A stretch of 64,000 nt of DNA. Origin: Escherichia phage vB_ESM-pEJ01. The notes beneath the pieces were generated by a model. It worked only from the letters and a program-made list of their open reading frames with translations, did not search any database and was not told the origin of the DNA. The DNA lies in the sequence record OP114734.1, one strand, 5' to 3'. Position 1 is the first letter of the stretch. Every line of letters starts with the position of its first letter. Both the position numbers and the translations under genes were made by a program. Shown piece after piece: positions 35,678 through 44,992 of the stretch.

Positions 35678-36074
35678 AATTTGTGTTCCATTCTGGTTTA
35701 AATTTGGTGATCAAAACAGGTTCTTCGATATCGGCAGTGCTTATAATATCCTTACCCGTTGGATTCTCAATATATAACTCAAAGCACTGACGGTAATAGA
35801 ATGTTACTGTCTTACCTTCCTCTAGCGCCTTATGAATATTCTTACTCTTGCGAGTATCCGCCGTTGGTGTTTGTCTGTTAATGCTAGTCCGGTAATAATT
35901 GATCCGCTTTCTGAGATTGACAGTCTGTCCAATATATACCAGTTCATCATCAACCACAATAGCATAAAGAACATTTAAACGGTTCTTCTGAGGCGGTAGA
36001 ATCACATCACCATCTTTACACTCTAAACATGAATATTTAACGAATCCATAGTTTTCTATTAGCTCATTAATCAT
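35613..36074 (-). CDS. denA: Endonuclease II (GIY-YIG)
   Basis: VLYAIVVDDELVYIGQTVNLRKRINYYRTSINR closely matches T4 DenA. Confidence 0.88.
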   Translation of the reverse strand: MINELIENYGFVKYSCLECKDGDVILPPQKNRLNVLYAIVVDDELVYIGQTVNLRKRINYYRTSINRQTPTADTRKSKNIHKALEEGKTVTFYYRQCFELYIENPTGKDIISTADIEEPVLITKFKPEWNTNYVNKRKQQKSFSIVQKSDGTM

Positions 36075-36124
36075 TATCCTTTCCTCACGTCACAACAAAG
36101 GCGGGATTTCTCCCGCCCACCTTA

Positions 36125-36523
36125 TTAACTTTCCAGAATATCGCGAGCTTCGTTACGCTCCTTGATGATTTTCAGGACAAATTCCAGTTTTTCTTTGTTC
36201 AGCGTTCCATTTTCCATTGCTTCTTTGACGGTAAACACTCCGCCACCTTGCCCGTATACAGTGACAGTGATTTCACCTAACATCGTGGTATGAAAACCTC
36301 CAATTTTCGGTGATTCGAAAGAAACAATTACCTCGCGGACAGTATTACCGTCGTTGATTTCTGAGAGGGTAATGTCGTTTTTGTAGGCGGTTGCTTTAAC
36401 CATACGGATCAGCATAGTCTGATCTGGGGAGATGGTCATTTTGTCCATTGCATGTTGCAATGCAGCGTAACCGAAAACTTTAACGAAGTCCAGAACGTCT
36501 TTGCGAGTTTGAAATTTAATCAT
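36125..36523 (-). CDS. Hypothetical protein (132 aa)
   Basis: ORF with own promoter; no recognisable motif. Confidence 0.55.
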   Translation of the reverse strand: MIKFQTRKDVLDFVKVFGYAALQHAMDKMTISPDQTMLIRMVKATAYKNDITLSEINDGNTVREVIVSFESPKIGGFHTTMLGEITVTVYGQGGGVFTVKEAMENGTLNKEKLEFVLKIIKERNEARDILES

Positions 36524-36556
36524 CTTGATACTCCTTAGTTGTTTTGGTATGGGAGT

Positions 36557-36585
36557 ATCTTACTACTCCCGTGATATGCTGTCAA
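36557..36585 (-). promoter_or_regulatory. Early promoter (TTGACA-N17-TAAGAT) inside GGGAGTA/TACTCCC palindrome
   Basis: Plus strand reads GGGAGTATCTTACTACTCCCGTGATATGCTGTCAA. Confidence 0.5.
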
Positions 36586-36593
36586 CTGCTTTT

Positions 36594-36743
36594 TTATGCA
36601 ACCGCAAACATCAACATTTGAACATTCTTGGCTGTCTGGCTTTCAAAGTTCTGACATTCTTTGATAATGTCCTCTACTTTCTCGCCGGAGATCTCCGCGT
36701 AAGTTTCGATTGCCATTTTCAGTACCGAGTCAAAGTTGTTCAT
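36594..36743 (-). CDS. Hypothetical small protein (49 aa)
   Basis: ATG after AGGAGAATCAAA leader; MNNFDSVLKMAIETYAEISGEK... Confidence 0.4.
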   Translation of the reverse strand: MNNFDSVLKMAIETYAEISGEKVEDIIKECQNFESQTAKNVQMLMFAVA

Positions 36744-36783
36744 TTGATTCTCCTTAAAGTGTATTTCGTTTCGATGGGGGGGT

Positions 36784-36812
36784 ATATTACTACCCCCGTT
36801 TCATGCTGTCAA
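36784..36812 (-). promoter_or_regulatory. Early promoter (TTGACA-N17-TAATAT) with GGGGGTA/TACCCCC palindrome
   Basis: Plus strand reads GGGGGGGTATATTACTACCCCCGTTTCATGCTGTCAA. Confidence 0.5.
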
Positions 36813-37031
36813 CTACTTTTTAATGACAAGTTCGAATTTTGCTACCTTGCGTCCTCGTTTATTGAAAGCAACCCACGGACGGTTTTCAATGTAGAACAAT
36901 TCTTCGCCAATAATGAATACTGGCTGATTGTAAAGGCGACCCATCAGGTCACGCTGGCGAATGGTAGTAGATTCGTATACTTCGCCTACTACAAAGTGCT
37001 TGCTGATAGAGTCGGTGCAAGTAAATTTCAT
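36813..37031 (-). CDS. Hypothetical small protein (72 aa)
   Basis: ORF with own promoter and ribosome-binding site. Confidence 0.5.
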   Translation of the reverse strand: MKFTCTDSISKHFVVGEVYESTTIRQRDLMGRLYNQPVFIIGEELFYIENRPWVAFNKRGRKVAKFELVIKK

Positions 37032-37064
37032 TTTGATTCTCCTTTGTTTCGTTTCGATGTGGGT

Positions 37065-37093
37065 ATATTACTACCACCGTTATTCAGTGTCAA
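37065..37093 (-). promoter_or_regulatory. Early promoter (TTGACA-N17-TAATAT)
   Basis: Plus strand reads ATATTACTACCACCGTTATTCAGTGTCAA. Confidence 0.5.
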
Positions 37094-37100
37094 CTACTTT

Positions 37101-37319
37101 TTACTTGTTGTATTCATTCCACCATTGGGTTAGCTTATCAATTATTTTTGTGTTTCTATCCAACTTCTCCCACCGTTTTCTAGGGTTTATCAACCGGAAT
37201 AGGTAAGGTGTACTTGTTAAGTGAACTCGGTCAATGTAGTGATTGATGTACTGCTTTTCGATTCTAAGTTTCATCTTTTTACGATGAAAATATGCAATGA
37301 CTTGTTCTTCTGTTTCCAT
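37101..37319 (-). CDS. Hypothetical small basic protein (72 aa)
   Basis: ORF with own promoter and ribosome-binding site. Confidence 0.5.
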   Translation of the reverse strand: METEEQVIAYFHRKKMKLRIEKQYINHYIDRVHLTSTPYLFRLINPRKRWEKLDRNTKIIDKLTQWWNEYNK

Positions 37320-37343
37320 ATGTTCCTCCGTTTCGATGTGCGT

Positions 37344-37372
37344 ATTATGCTATGGCAAGATCAGATTGTCAA
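37344..37372 (-). promoter_or_regulatory. Early promoter (TTGACA-N17-CATAAT)
   Basis: Plus strand reads ATTATGCTATGGCAAGATCAGATTGTCAA. Confidence 0.5.
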
Positions 37373-37390
37373 CACCCAATAACAAAAAAA

Positions 37391-37409
37391 GTCGCCACTA
37401 TGGGCGACT
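37391..37409 (-). terminator. Intrinsic terminator (- strand)
   Basis: Stem GTCGCC/GGCGAC with T-run on the - strand. Confidence 0.55.
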
Positions 37410-37420
37410 TTGAACAAACA

Positions 37421-37897
37421 TTAATCATGACCGTGATTTGCAATATCCGCTCGCGTCTTATCTTTGTGATTTCCTACGTCAAAGACACGATAACCATTTT
37501 CACGCAAAACTTTAATCACTTCTGGGTTATCCTCAAAGACTCCGACAACTTCATCTTTATCAAAGGATTTAATTACCTCTAATTTGATGTGATAGTCTTT
37601 ACGGGAATCGGTACGGCCTCTCATAAAGATTTTATCAAAACACACCCCGTTAGAAATTAACCAATCAATTGTTTCCATGTAAGCATGTGAACTTCGTCCG
37701 GTGAGGATGTAAATCAAATGCCCGTTGTCGGAAAGAGCATTAATAACACGAATTACATCGTAAATGGGGGAATCTCCCCCACATGCCTTGTTATATTCGA
37801 TCCATGACTCGACTTTATCAAGATTTTCGGTTGGCATCTTTGCTAGTCGATGTGTTGGATCTGTGATCGTAAAATCTAAATCGACAAAATATATCAT
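37421..37897 (-). CDS. HAD-superfamily phosphatase (possible nucleotidase)
   Basis: HAD motifs VDLDFTITD (DxDxT), ILTGRS, FEDN. Confidence 0.6.
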   Translation of the reverse strand: MIYFVDLDFTITDPTHRLAKMPTENLDKVESWIEYNKACGGDSPIYDVIRVINALSDNGHLIYILTGRSSHAYMETIDWLISNGVCFDKIFMRGRTDSRKDYHIKLEVIKSFDKDEVVGVFEDNPEVIKVLRENGYRVFDVGNHKDKTRADIANHGHD

Positions 37898-39081
37898 AGA
37901 TATTTCCCGAATCGGTTGTAGTCATCGTCTGTTAAATCGGTATTAACCTGAGATACCAGATACATAATCTCTACTTCCTGCGCTGCATTCTGTACTTCGT
38001 CAGAGTTCAACCATTTACGCATCCACGGTAACGGATGACGACGAACACTAAACTGGCTTTTCAGTCCGGCAGCACGCATACGGGAATCTGCCAGGTATTC
38101 TACATAGGTTTTCAGAATTTCCGGCGACAGGTTAGGAATTGCCCCCATTGCGAATAAGTGATCTACCCATTCTTTTTCTTGCTCGACAACATCCAGAAAG
38201 ATTTTCGTTGCTTCGCCTTCAAGTTCTTCCGCAATCTGTTTCCACTCATCACCATCAGCCCCCGTTTGCCATTGACGAATAATGTATTGTGTGCCTTTTA
38301 AGTGAAGTTGTTCATCACGCGCAATAAATTTCATGATCTTCGCGTTACCTTCCAGTAAACCACGTTCGGCAAAGCTGAAAGTACATGCAAAGGACACATA
38401 AAAACGTATTGCTTCCAGTGCATTTACGCAGTGTGCACACAGATAAATCGAAGCCATCAGATCTCGTTTTGTATCTTCAAAAAATCTTCTTGCATCATCT
38501 AATTCTGTCTGATCGTCTCGTTCTTCCCAATAGTGGTGGAGAACTTCTTCTTCCCAATAGCGGAGATCTTCTTTTGCATTCTCATACTTACGAATCCAAT
38601 AGAGAACATCATCATAATATTTCCCGATAGATTCCGCTCGCTTCATGATAGCAGGGTTATCGATGATCTGGTCGAACTCACTAGCCGGATCAATGAAACA
38701 GTTACGCATAATGTGTGTATAGCTTCGGCTATGAATCGTTTCGCTGAATGTCCATGTTTGCAACCATGTATCGAGAGTTGGATCAGATACAATTGGACCA
38801 AATGCTGCGGACGGTGCGCGACCTTGAATAGAATCAAGTAATGTCTGATACTTCAAGTTTTCGGTAAAGAAACGCTTTTCAACGTCACCCATATTAAGAT
38901 ATTGAATGCGGTCGGTTGCAAGTGAAATCTCTTCTGGACGCCAGAAAAATGACAATTGCTTTTCGATCAGTTCTTCAAATACTTGATGACGCTGAATATC
39001 ATAGCGAGCGATACCCAACCCACTACCCAGAAACATTGGTTCGTTCATAATATCAACATGTTCGCGGTTAAATACGCTCAT
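37894..39081 (-). CDS. nrdB: Ribonucleotide reductase small subunit
   Basis: 395 aa ferritin-like R2 with conserved Glu/His pattern; synteny with nrdA; uninterrupted ORF. Confidence 0.9.
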   Translation of the reverse strand: MSVFNREHVDIMNEPMFLGSGLGIARYDIQRHQVFEELIEKQLSFFWRPEEISLATDRIQYLNMGDVEKRFFTENLKYQTLLDSIQGRAPSAAFGPIVSDPTLDTWLQTWTFSETIHSRSYTHIMRNCFIDPASEFDQIIDNPAIMKRAESIGKYYDDVLYWIRKYENAKEDLRYWEEEVLHHYWEERDDQTELDDARRFFEDTKRDLMASIYLCAHCVNALEAIRFYVSFACTFSFAERGLLEGNAKIMKFIARDEQLHLKGTQYIIRQWQTGADGDEWKQIAEELEGEATKIFLDVVEQEKEWVDHLFAMGAIPNLSPEILKTYVEYLADSRMRAAGLKSQFSVRRHPLPWMRKWLNSDEVQNAAQEVEIMYLVSQVNTDLTDDDYNRFGKYL

Positions 39082-39096
39082 TAATTCACCTCACTA

Positions 39097-39264
39097 TCAC
39101 TTTTTAACACAAAAGAACTTAGTATTTCTGTTTATTTCGCTATCCTGCTGCAATTCCTGCACAGCTTCAAAACAATTTTGATATGATGAAAACTCTACGC
39201 TGGTAACAGTTCCTTTATTATATACGCCTACGCTAACGGAAAGCAATAACCATAATGTAGCCAT
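39097..39264 (-). CDS. Small hydrophobic-N-terminus protein (55 aa), paralogue of next ORF
   Basis: MATLWLLLSVSVGVYNKGTVTSVEF...C...C. Confidence 0.45.
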   Translation of the reverse strand: MATLWLLLSVSVGVYNKGTVTSVEFSSYQNCFEAVQELQQDSEINRNTKFFCVKK

Positions 39265-39437
39265 TAGTTCACCTTTTGTTTTTCAACACAGTACAGATTC
39301 ATAAAGCGTTTATTGTCTTCACGGATAATCTCGCGAGCTTTAACGCAATCCTGCTTTGTTGCAAACTCAATGCTTGACATATTTCCGTAATTATACATTG
39401 AATTGCTTATTGCAATCAATAACCATACAGTAGCCAT
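39264..39437 (-). CDS. Small hydrophobic-N-terminus protein (57 aa), paralogue of previous ORF
   Basis: MATVWLLIAISNSMYNYGNMSSIEF...C...C; TAATG coupling. Confidence 0.45.
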   Translation of the reverse strand: MATVWLLIAISNSMYNYGNMSSIEFATKQDCVKAREIIREDNKRFMNLYCVEKQKVN

Positions 39438-39634
39438 TATCCGACAACCTCAAAACATTTATCATCAGGAAGAATCGCCCATTCTACACCGTATTCATCC
39501 TCGACGTAGTAGCAAGTCCCATCATGTCGAGCATCATATTCATCACCAACAACAAAGCTATCAGCTAGTTCAAAATCTACAGCAACACATTTAATTTGGT
39601 CATAATAAAATCCTCACTTGTTTTTGATGGTTGT

Positions 39635-39663
39635 ATTATAGCGGGGATTTCTCCCCGCGTCAA
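39635..39663 (-). promoter_or_regulatory. Promoter (TTGACG-N17-TATAAT) with GCGGGGA/TCCCCGC palindrome
   Basis: Plus strand reads ATTATAGCGGGGATTTCTCCCCGCGTCAA. Confidence 0.5.
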
Positions 39664-39671
39664 CACTTATT

Positions 39672-41915
39672 TTACAGCTTGCAAGATGAGCACTCGCTAG
39701 CGTCTTCCGTACCATCAGCACCATCACGCACGTTAGCGTAATACAGGGTTTTCAGACCGTAATATTGAGCAAACAACATATCATCTAACACATCAGCAAT
39801 ATCGACTTTACCAGTCTTATAAGTGCTTGGATCGTATGATGTATTGGAACTAATCGCCTGATCCACAAACTTCTGCATGATCGCTGCCAGTGTGAGATAA
39901 GGCTTGTTACCTTTCTTGATCAGTGTCCAAAGCAGGTCAATAACATCAGCATTATTCTCTACGTTCGGAATAACCTGATTAAATTGCCCTTCTTTCGATC
40001 CTTTAACCGATACAATCCCGCGAGGCGGTTCAATACCGTTTGTGCTGTTAGATACCTGAGAAGACGACTCACAAGGCATCAGCGCCGACAGTGTACTGTT
40101 ACGAATGCCATATTTTTTCAGGTCTTCGCGCAGTTCTTCCCAATCCATCTCATACACCGGATCAACCAGTTCATCTACTGTCTTTTTGTACCAGTCGATA
40201 GGAAGTTCACCGCGACCATAGCGTGTTTCGTGCATCAGTTCGCAAGCACCCTTCTCTTTAGCCAGTCGCACACTAGCCTTAATCAGAGCATATTGCAAGC
40301 GTTCAAACGTTTTATGCGTAAACTCGTTAGCGTCTTCATATGTGAAGAAATTATCTGCTAGATATGATGCAAAGTTAGTAACACCAATACCCAGAGAGCG
40401 ACGTTTTTTGGCTGTCAGAGCTTGTTCTACAGGATAATCCTGATAATCTAACAGGTTGTCAAGTGCACGCACCATAACCATAGCAATGCGTTCTACTTCT
40501 TCCATATTTTCGATATCGAAATTACCTAAAACATATGCTGCCAAAGTACATAGGCTGATCTCTGAATCATCACGCCCCATCGGTTTTGTTGGCAGCGCAA
40601 TTTCACAACACAGGTTAGATTGTTTAATCGGTGCTACATTACGAATAAACGCCCCGTGATTGTTCATGTTGTCTGTGAACGTTGGGTAGATTCGACCTGT
40701 GTTAAAACGTTCAATTGCCACCGCTAAAAACAGGTCTTCGGCTTTAACACGAGTTTTACGAACACTCGGATCTTTTTCCAGTTTTTCGTAAAGCTGGCGG
40801 AAACCTTCCTCATCTCGGAAGTATAGATCCCACAATAAGCCACCCGCAACATCTGGACTAAACAGAGTAATGTAATCCCGTTTAAGGAATCGCTCTACCA
40901 TCAGGTTATTAATCTGTACGCCGTAATCAAGATGACGAATGCGGTTATCTTCCACCCCCTTATTGTTCTTTAACACAATCAGACTTTCAAACTCTAAATG
41001 CCACATTGGGTAATAGAGAGTAGCTGCCCCGCCACGAATACCGCCTTGTGAGCATGACTTAACGGCAGTCTGAAAATGTTTCCAGAATGGGATAACGCCA
41101 GTATGACGAACTTCACCATGCCCGATCTTAGATCCTTCCGCGCGAATCATACCAGCATTGATACCGATACCAGCACGCTTGCTAATATACTTGATGATTG
41201 CATTTGCTGTTTCGTTGATGCCCTGCAATGAGTCATCACTTTCAATCACCACACACGAACTAAATTGGCGTGTTTGGGTACGCACACCTGCCATAATCGG
41301 AGTAGGCAGAGAGATTTGCTTATTCGCAACAGCATTATAAAAATCAATCACATGTTCAAGTCGATTTTCTGTCTCTTCTTGATGCAAGCACATACCGATC
41401 AGCATATACGCAAATTGCGGTGTTTCGATGATTTTCTTAGTGCTGCGATCCTGAACAAGATATTTCTCTTTTAACTGCATCGCACCAGCATAGGTCATTT
41501 TAAAATCAAGTTTATGGTCGATGAATTTCTCCAGATATTCCACTTCTTCACGGGAATATTTTTGCAGAATTTCGCGATCATATTTTCCGGTTGCAATATT
41601 ACGCTCAATATGGCTATAAAAATCAATAGGTTGGAATTGACCGTATACTGATTTACGAAGCGCGAACATTGCAAGGTTACTTGCTACATATTGATAATCA
41701 GGTGTTTCTACAGTAATGTTATCTGCGGCGACCTTAATCAATACTTTCTGGATATCATTGGTAGACATACCTTCTGTCAGAAGTGGTTCAACCATATCAA
41801 ACAATTCATATGGATCAACGTTATGACCTTCGGCTGCCGCTTCCAGAATTTTCATTACTTTTTCTTTTTCAAACGGAACAGTCAGACCGGAAGACTTAAC
41901 AACATTTTTAATCAT
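39672..41915 (-). CDS. nrdA: Ribonucleotide reductase large subunit
   Basis: 747 aa; N-terminal ATP-cone, catalytic Cys regions, C-terminal CxxC tail. Confidence 0.93.
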   Translation of the reverse strand: MIKNVVKSSGLTVPFEKEKVMKILEAAAEGHNVDPYELFDMVEPLLTEGMSTNDIQKVLIKVAADNITVETPDYQYVASNLAMFALRKSVYGQFQPIDFYSHIERNIATGKYDREILQKYSREEVEYLEKFIDHKLDFKMTYAGAMQLKEKYLVQDRSTKKIIETPQFAYMLIGMCLHQEETENRLEHVIDFYNAVANKQISLPTPIMAGVRTQTRQFSSCVVIESDDSLQGINETANAIIKYISKRAGIGINAGMIRAEGSKIGHGEVRHTGVIPFWKHFQTAVKSCSQGGIRGGAATLYYPMWHLEFESLIVLKNNKGVEDNRIRHLDYGVQINNLMVERFLKRDYITLFSPDVAGGLLWDLYFRDEEGFRQLYEKLEKDPSVRKTRVKAEDLFLAVAIERFNTGRIYPTFTDNMNNHGAFIRNVAPIKQSNLCCEIALPTKPMGRDDSEISLCTLAAYVLGNFDIENMEEVERIAMVMVRALDNLLDYQDYPVEQALTAKKRRSLGIGVTNFASYLADNFFTYEDANEFTHKTFERLQYALIKASVRLAKEKGACELMHETRYGRGELPIDWYKKTVDELVDPVYEMDWEELREDLKKYGIRNSTLSALMPCESSSQVSNSTNGIEPPRGIVSVKGSKEGQFNQVIPNVENNADVIDLLWTLIKKGNKPYLTLAAIMQKFVDQAISSNTSYDPSTYKTGKVDIADVLDDMLFAQYYGLKTLYYANVRDGADGTEDASECSSCKL

Positions 41916-41963
41916 ATTACCTCACTTCATATTTTAGTAGGAACAAGTTTTATCCTCCATATT

Positions 41964-41980
41964 GGGGGCTTTCGCCCCCC
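41964..41980. other. GC hairpin with tetraloop between td and nrdA
   Basis: GGGGGC-TTTC-GCCCCCC; T-run only on the + side. Confidence 0.4.
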
Positions 41981-41985
41981 TTTGT

Positions 41986-43206
41986 TTATACTGCCATTTG
42001 AGCGGTGATCGCTGGATGGCTTTGATAGTTGTGAATTTTAAAATCTTTCGGAGTCTTTGTCAATACCTCATCTAAAGATTTAAATTCCGGCAACTCAATT
42101 GTTGGTTTATCAAACGGAACACGGCTTAACTGTTCCATAACTTGATCAAAATGGTTTTTGTAAATGTGAGTATCTCCACCAGAGAAAATCAGTTCTCCTA
42201 CCTCAAGATCACACATTTTCGCTATGATGTGAGTTAACAGCGCATAGCTGGCGACGTTAAAGGGCAAGCCCAAAAAGCTGTCTACGCTTCGCTGAAACCA
42301 CATACAAGACAGTTTACCTTCATTGACGTAGAATTGTACGAACGGATGACATACACCCAATACAGCATTATGTGTTCCTTGTACGTTCCATGAGTCAATG
42401 ATGATACGTCGATCCGTTGGATTGTTTTTAATTTGTTCAATCACGTTTTGTAACTGGTCTTCCCAAATCTTCGGGCGATAGACATATTCTTCATCGTCTT
42501 TAGTGCTTGATGTGTCTACGTCCATACTAACAAACATCGTGGTATCCGGTGCTATAATATCCCCACCCAGATAATCACTATCAAGCAGATAACCGAAATA
42601 ACCATCATCTACCCATTCCTGGAATCCCCACAAGCAATATGCATCATTAACAAAATTAGATTGAGTCTTCCAGTGGTCTGCTACCAGAATATAATCAAAC
42701 TCTTCATAACGCATACCACGCCAGATAGCACATAAACGGTCTTCTGTGTCATTGGTTGGCGTAAAGTCTTCTACCCACGGGTGCTTAAATGTATGTGTAT
42801 ATTTGCTCTTAACGCGCTTAATTTTGATTTCACCATGTGGATGAATCGGTTTGCGTCTCCACGCCATACCATACATATTGCCGACATTATAACCATTGAA
42901 TCGCAAGGGATTCTTTTCTTTCATATCAAGACAGTTGCCGCGCCAAATATCAAAGGCTTCCTCGTCAAACTTGCCGCGTGTAATTTCCTGTAAGCGACGG
43001 CGGTCAAGTGATCCCTCCATAAACCATAGCAATTCGCCAATTACAGAGGCTGTAGCCATCTTTTTAGTGGTCAGTAATGGGAAACCCTTGCTTAAATCAA
43101 TTCGCATCTCTGCGCCGAATTTAGAGAGCGTACCTACCCCCGTGCGGTCTTCACGAGGACAGCCATTATCAAGAACATCACGCAATAGTTTCAAATATTC
43201 TTTCAT
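41986..43206 (-). CDS. td: Thymidylate synthase with a large in-frame insertion (406 aa)
   Basis: DRTGVGTLS and catalytic CHPFVQFYV core; about 120 extra residues between YGMAWRR and DQLQNVIEQIKNNPTDRRIII. Confidence 0.85.
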   Translation of the reverse strand: MKEYLKLLRDVLDNGCPREDRTGVGTLSKFGAEMRIDLSKGFPLLTTKKMATASVIGELLWFMEGSLDRRRLQEITRGKFDEEAFDIWRGNCLDMKEKNPLRFNGYNVGNMYGMAWRRKPIHPHGEIKIKRVKSKYTHTFKHPWVEDFTPTNDTEDRLCAIWRGMRYEEFDYILVADHWKTQSNFVNDAYCLWGFQEWVDDGYFGYLLDSDYLGGDIIAPDTTMFVSMDVDTSSTKDDEEYVYRPKIWEDQLQNVIEQIKNNPTDRRIIIDSWNVQGTHNAVLGVCHPFVQFYVNEGKLSCMWFQRSVDSFLGLPFNVASYALLTHIIAKMCDLEVGELIFSGGDTHIYKNHFDQVMEQLSRVPFDKPTIELPEFKSLDEVLTKTPKDFKIHNYQSHPAITAQMAV

Positions 43207-43447
43207 CCCACATCACCTTTTTCTTATTGATTGCTTTCTTACGCAGTTTTGCTACTGTCTCGTCAATGTCTATAAAGATAACACCACGGTCGAATATAGT
43301 AGCAGGTCTTGATATATCGCTATTTTCTTGCACAGGAAGCCATGATGCGCTCGCTTCATCATAGAGATATTGTAAACCGTAATAATCTACGGCTACTGCG
43401 TAGTTTTCACTGGTAGCTGACCATAATTGAATAATACCGACTTTCAT
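43178..43447 (-). CDS. Hypothetical protein (89 aa)
   Basis: ATG at MKVGIIQLW; overlaps td start. Confidence 0.45.
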   Translation of the reverse strand: MKVGIIQLWSATSENYAVAVDYYGLQYLYDEASASWLPVQENSDISRPATIFDRGVIFIDIDETVAKLRKKAINKKKVMWDERIFETIA

Positions 43448-43539
43448 TATTGTTCCCGTCCGCAATGTAAACACCGACTACCAGCAAACATCAAAGATTC
43501 ACCACAATGTTTGCACTCATAATCTGTCAGAATTTTCAT
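43447..43539 (-). CDS. Possible 30 aa zinc-ribbon peptide
   Basis: MKILTDYECKHCGESLMFAGSRCLHCGREQ (two CxxC); TAATG overlap. Confidence 0.3.
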   Translation of the reverse strand: MKILTDYECKHCGESLMFAGSRCLHCGREQ

Positions 43540-43540
43540 G

Positions 43541-44122
43541 TTACGCCTTCTTACGTTCTAAAATTTGTTCGCTGATCAGGTAATCATCAAGGAAGTAATT
43601 ATGTTCTTCTTTTGTTGCAAAGTCAAAATATAATTCCTGAATCATTTCCTTAGAGATGCCAACATCATATTCAAACAGATCATTAATTCCTGATCGTTGA
43701 ACATACGTTAACACAATACGGTCCGCAAAGTCAACTGCTTTTTCAATCAGGGAAGGTCCGCCAATAACGCTTACCAAACCTTGCAATTTCTCTATGACTT
43801 CTAATAATTCCTTCAATCCACCATCATTAGTAATCTCGGTATACACATCTGGTTGGTCGCCGTTTTTTGCTTTCGGTGCTGGCTTACTGGTATCGGTGCT
43901 AACAACCACATTCACACGACCTTCCAGTGCTTTAGGGAGACTTTCAAAGGTATTACGTCCCATTACAACCGCCGCAAGATCAACATCTCCCATAGTGCGC
44001 ATTTTAAAGTTTTCCATGTCCTTTTTGATTGGACGTCCCCACGGTAAACCGCCTTTAAAACCAAAAGCCCAATTTTCATCTGACATTTTAGTATCACCAA
44101 TCGCAAATACACATTGAATCAT
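43541..44122 (-). CDS. frd: Dihydrofolate reductase
   Basis: 193 aa, same length as T4 Frd; GGLPW and MGRNTFESLP motifs. Confidence 0.9.
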   Translation of the reverse strand: MIQCVFAIGDTKMSDENWAFGFKGGLPWGRPIKKDMENFKMRTMGDVDLAAVVMGRNTFESLPKALEGRVNVVVSTDTSKPAPKAKNGDQPDVYTEITNDGGLKELLEVIEKLQGLVSVIGGPSLIEKAVDFADRIVLTYVQRSGINDLFEYDVGISKEMIQELYFDFATKEEHNYFLDDYLISEQILERKKA

Positions 44123-44137
44123 AATATAAATCTCCCA

Positions 44138-44467
44138 TCAAATCAGTTTGAAATAGTTTTCGTTTACATTTTCTTCTGTGATTGCTGTCTTAAATTCTTG
44201 ACCGTTATCCGGTGTGATGAAATAACGGTCTGAATAATCACGAAAACGTTTTAAGTGAGATACCCCAACATTAACACCATGTTCCCAAAAACGAAAGGTA
44301 ATCATTTTTGGTTCATATCGATAGTCGCTGGTTAACACAGTACCATCACCGCGACGGGCTTCATAAACCGTAATACATTCACGATTAGCGGCTTTAAGGC
44401 ATTCTTCAATAGTGCCGCACGAGATAATACTTACTTTTTCATCTACGATTTGTTCTACAGTCCACAT
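44138..44467 (-). CDS. Hypothetical protein (109 aa)
   Basis: ATG at MWTVEQIV after GAGGA; promoter upstream. Confidence 0.5.
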   Translation of the reverse strand: MWTVEQIVDEKVSIISCGTIEECLKAANRECITVYEARRGDGTVLTSDYRYEPKMITFRFWEHGVNVGVSHLKRFRDYSDRYFITPDNGQEFKTAITEENVNENYFKLI

Positions 44468-44498
44468 AATATAATCCTCTCTTTGTTTCGATATGTGC

Positions 44499-44527
44499 AT
44501 TATACTTTGATTCTTACAAACTTGCAA
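44499..44527 (-). promoter_or_regulatory. Promoter (TTGCAA-N17-TATAAT) embedded in the 3' end of the upstream gene
   Basis: Hexamers with 17 nt spacer about 30 nt upstream of the 44467 start. Confidence 0.45.
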
Positions 44528-44937
44528 CCTAATTCTTTTTCAATTTGTTTCTGGCGCTCTATGTCCTGAGTAATTTTGTATTTGTGTTCCGGTTCGTCGA
44601 TTTCATAAGCAACGTTATTAACCGGATCATAACCATCAATTCTATACCCCAATATAGGGTATTGTCGTTTTAATTTTATATTCAAAAGCTGTTCTATTGT
44701 GTCTAGTGCAATCTTTTCGGCAGCTGATAATCCAAAACGTATTCCAAAATATTGTTTCCTCACCGCTTCCGCAAGTTCTTCTGTTAAAATTATTTGCTTC
44801 TGTTTTCTACCATACACATCAAAATATTCACTATAATCATAACACAGACCTGTGTTTCTTGCAACCTTTTTTATGTCTCTAGTTACATGGGCATGACGTT
44901 TATTAAATTCTTTCGCAATATCCAGTGAGCTAATCAT
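44500..44937 (-). CDS. Rha-like N-terminal domain protein (145 aa)
   Basis: N-terminus LDIAKEFNKRHAHVTRDIKK resembles phage Rha family; C-terminal GYRIDGYD...EIDEPEHKYK. Confidence 0.4.
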   Translation of the reverse strand: MISSLDIAKEFNKRHAHVTRDIKKVARNTGLCYDYSEYFDVYGRKQKQIILTEELAEAVRKQYFGIRFGLSAAEKIALDTIEQLLNIKLKRQYPILGYRIDGYDPVNNVAYEIDEPEHKYKITQDIERQKQIEKELGCKFVRIKV

Positions 44938-44964
44938 TTTATCCTCCGTTGCTTAGATGAGTGT

Positions 44965-44992
44965 ATTATACATTACCACATCATCATGTCAA
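44965..44992 (-). promoter_or_regulatory. Early promoter (TTGACA-N16-TATAAT)
   Basis: Plus strand reads ATTATACATTACCACATCATCATGTCAA. Confidence 0.5.

Noticed and set aside
39403-39594. Plus-strand His/Gln-rich 63 aa ORF between nrdA and nrdB
   Set aside because: Antisense to the - strand early transcription unit, no ribosome-binding site, low-complexity product.
41964-41980. GC hairpin between td and nrdA as a terminator
   Set aside because: The T-run is on the + strand where no gene is transcribed towards it; on the - strand it lacks a U-tract. Kept only as a hairpin of unknown role.
37894-43206. Group I introns in nrdB and td, as in T4
   Set aside because: Both genes are uninterrupted ORFs with no internal endonuclease ORF; the extra td sequence is in frame and at a different site from the T4 td intron.
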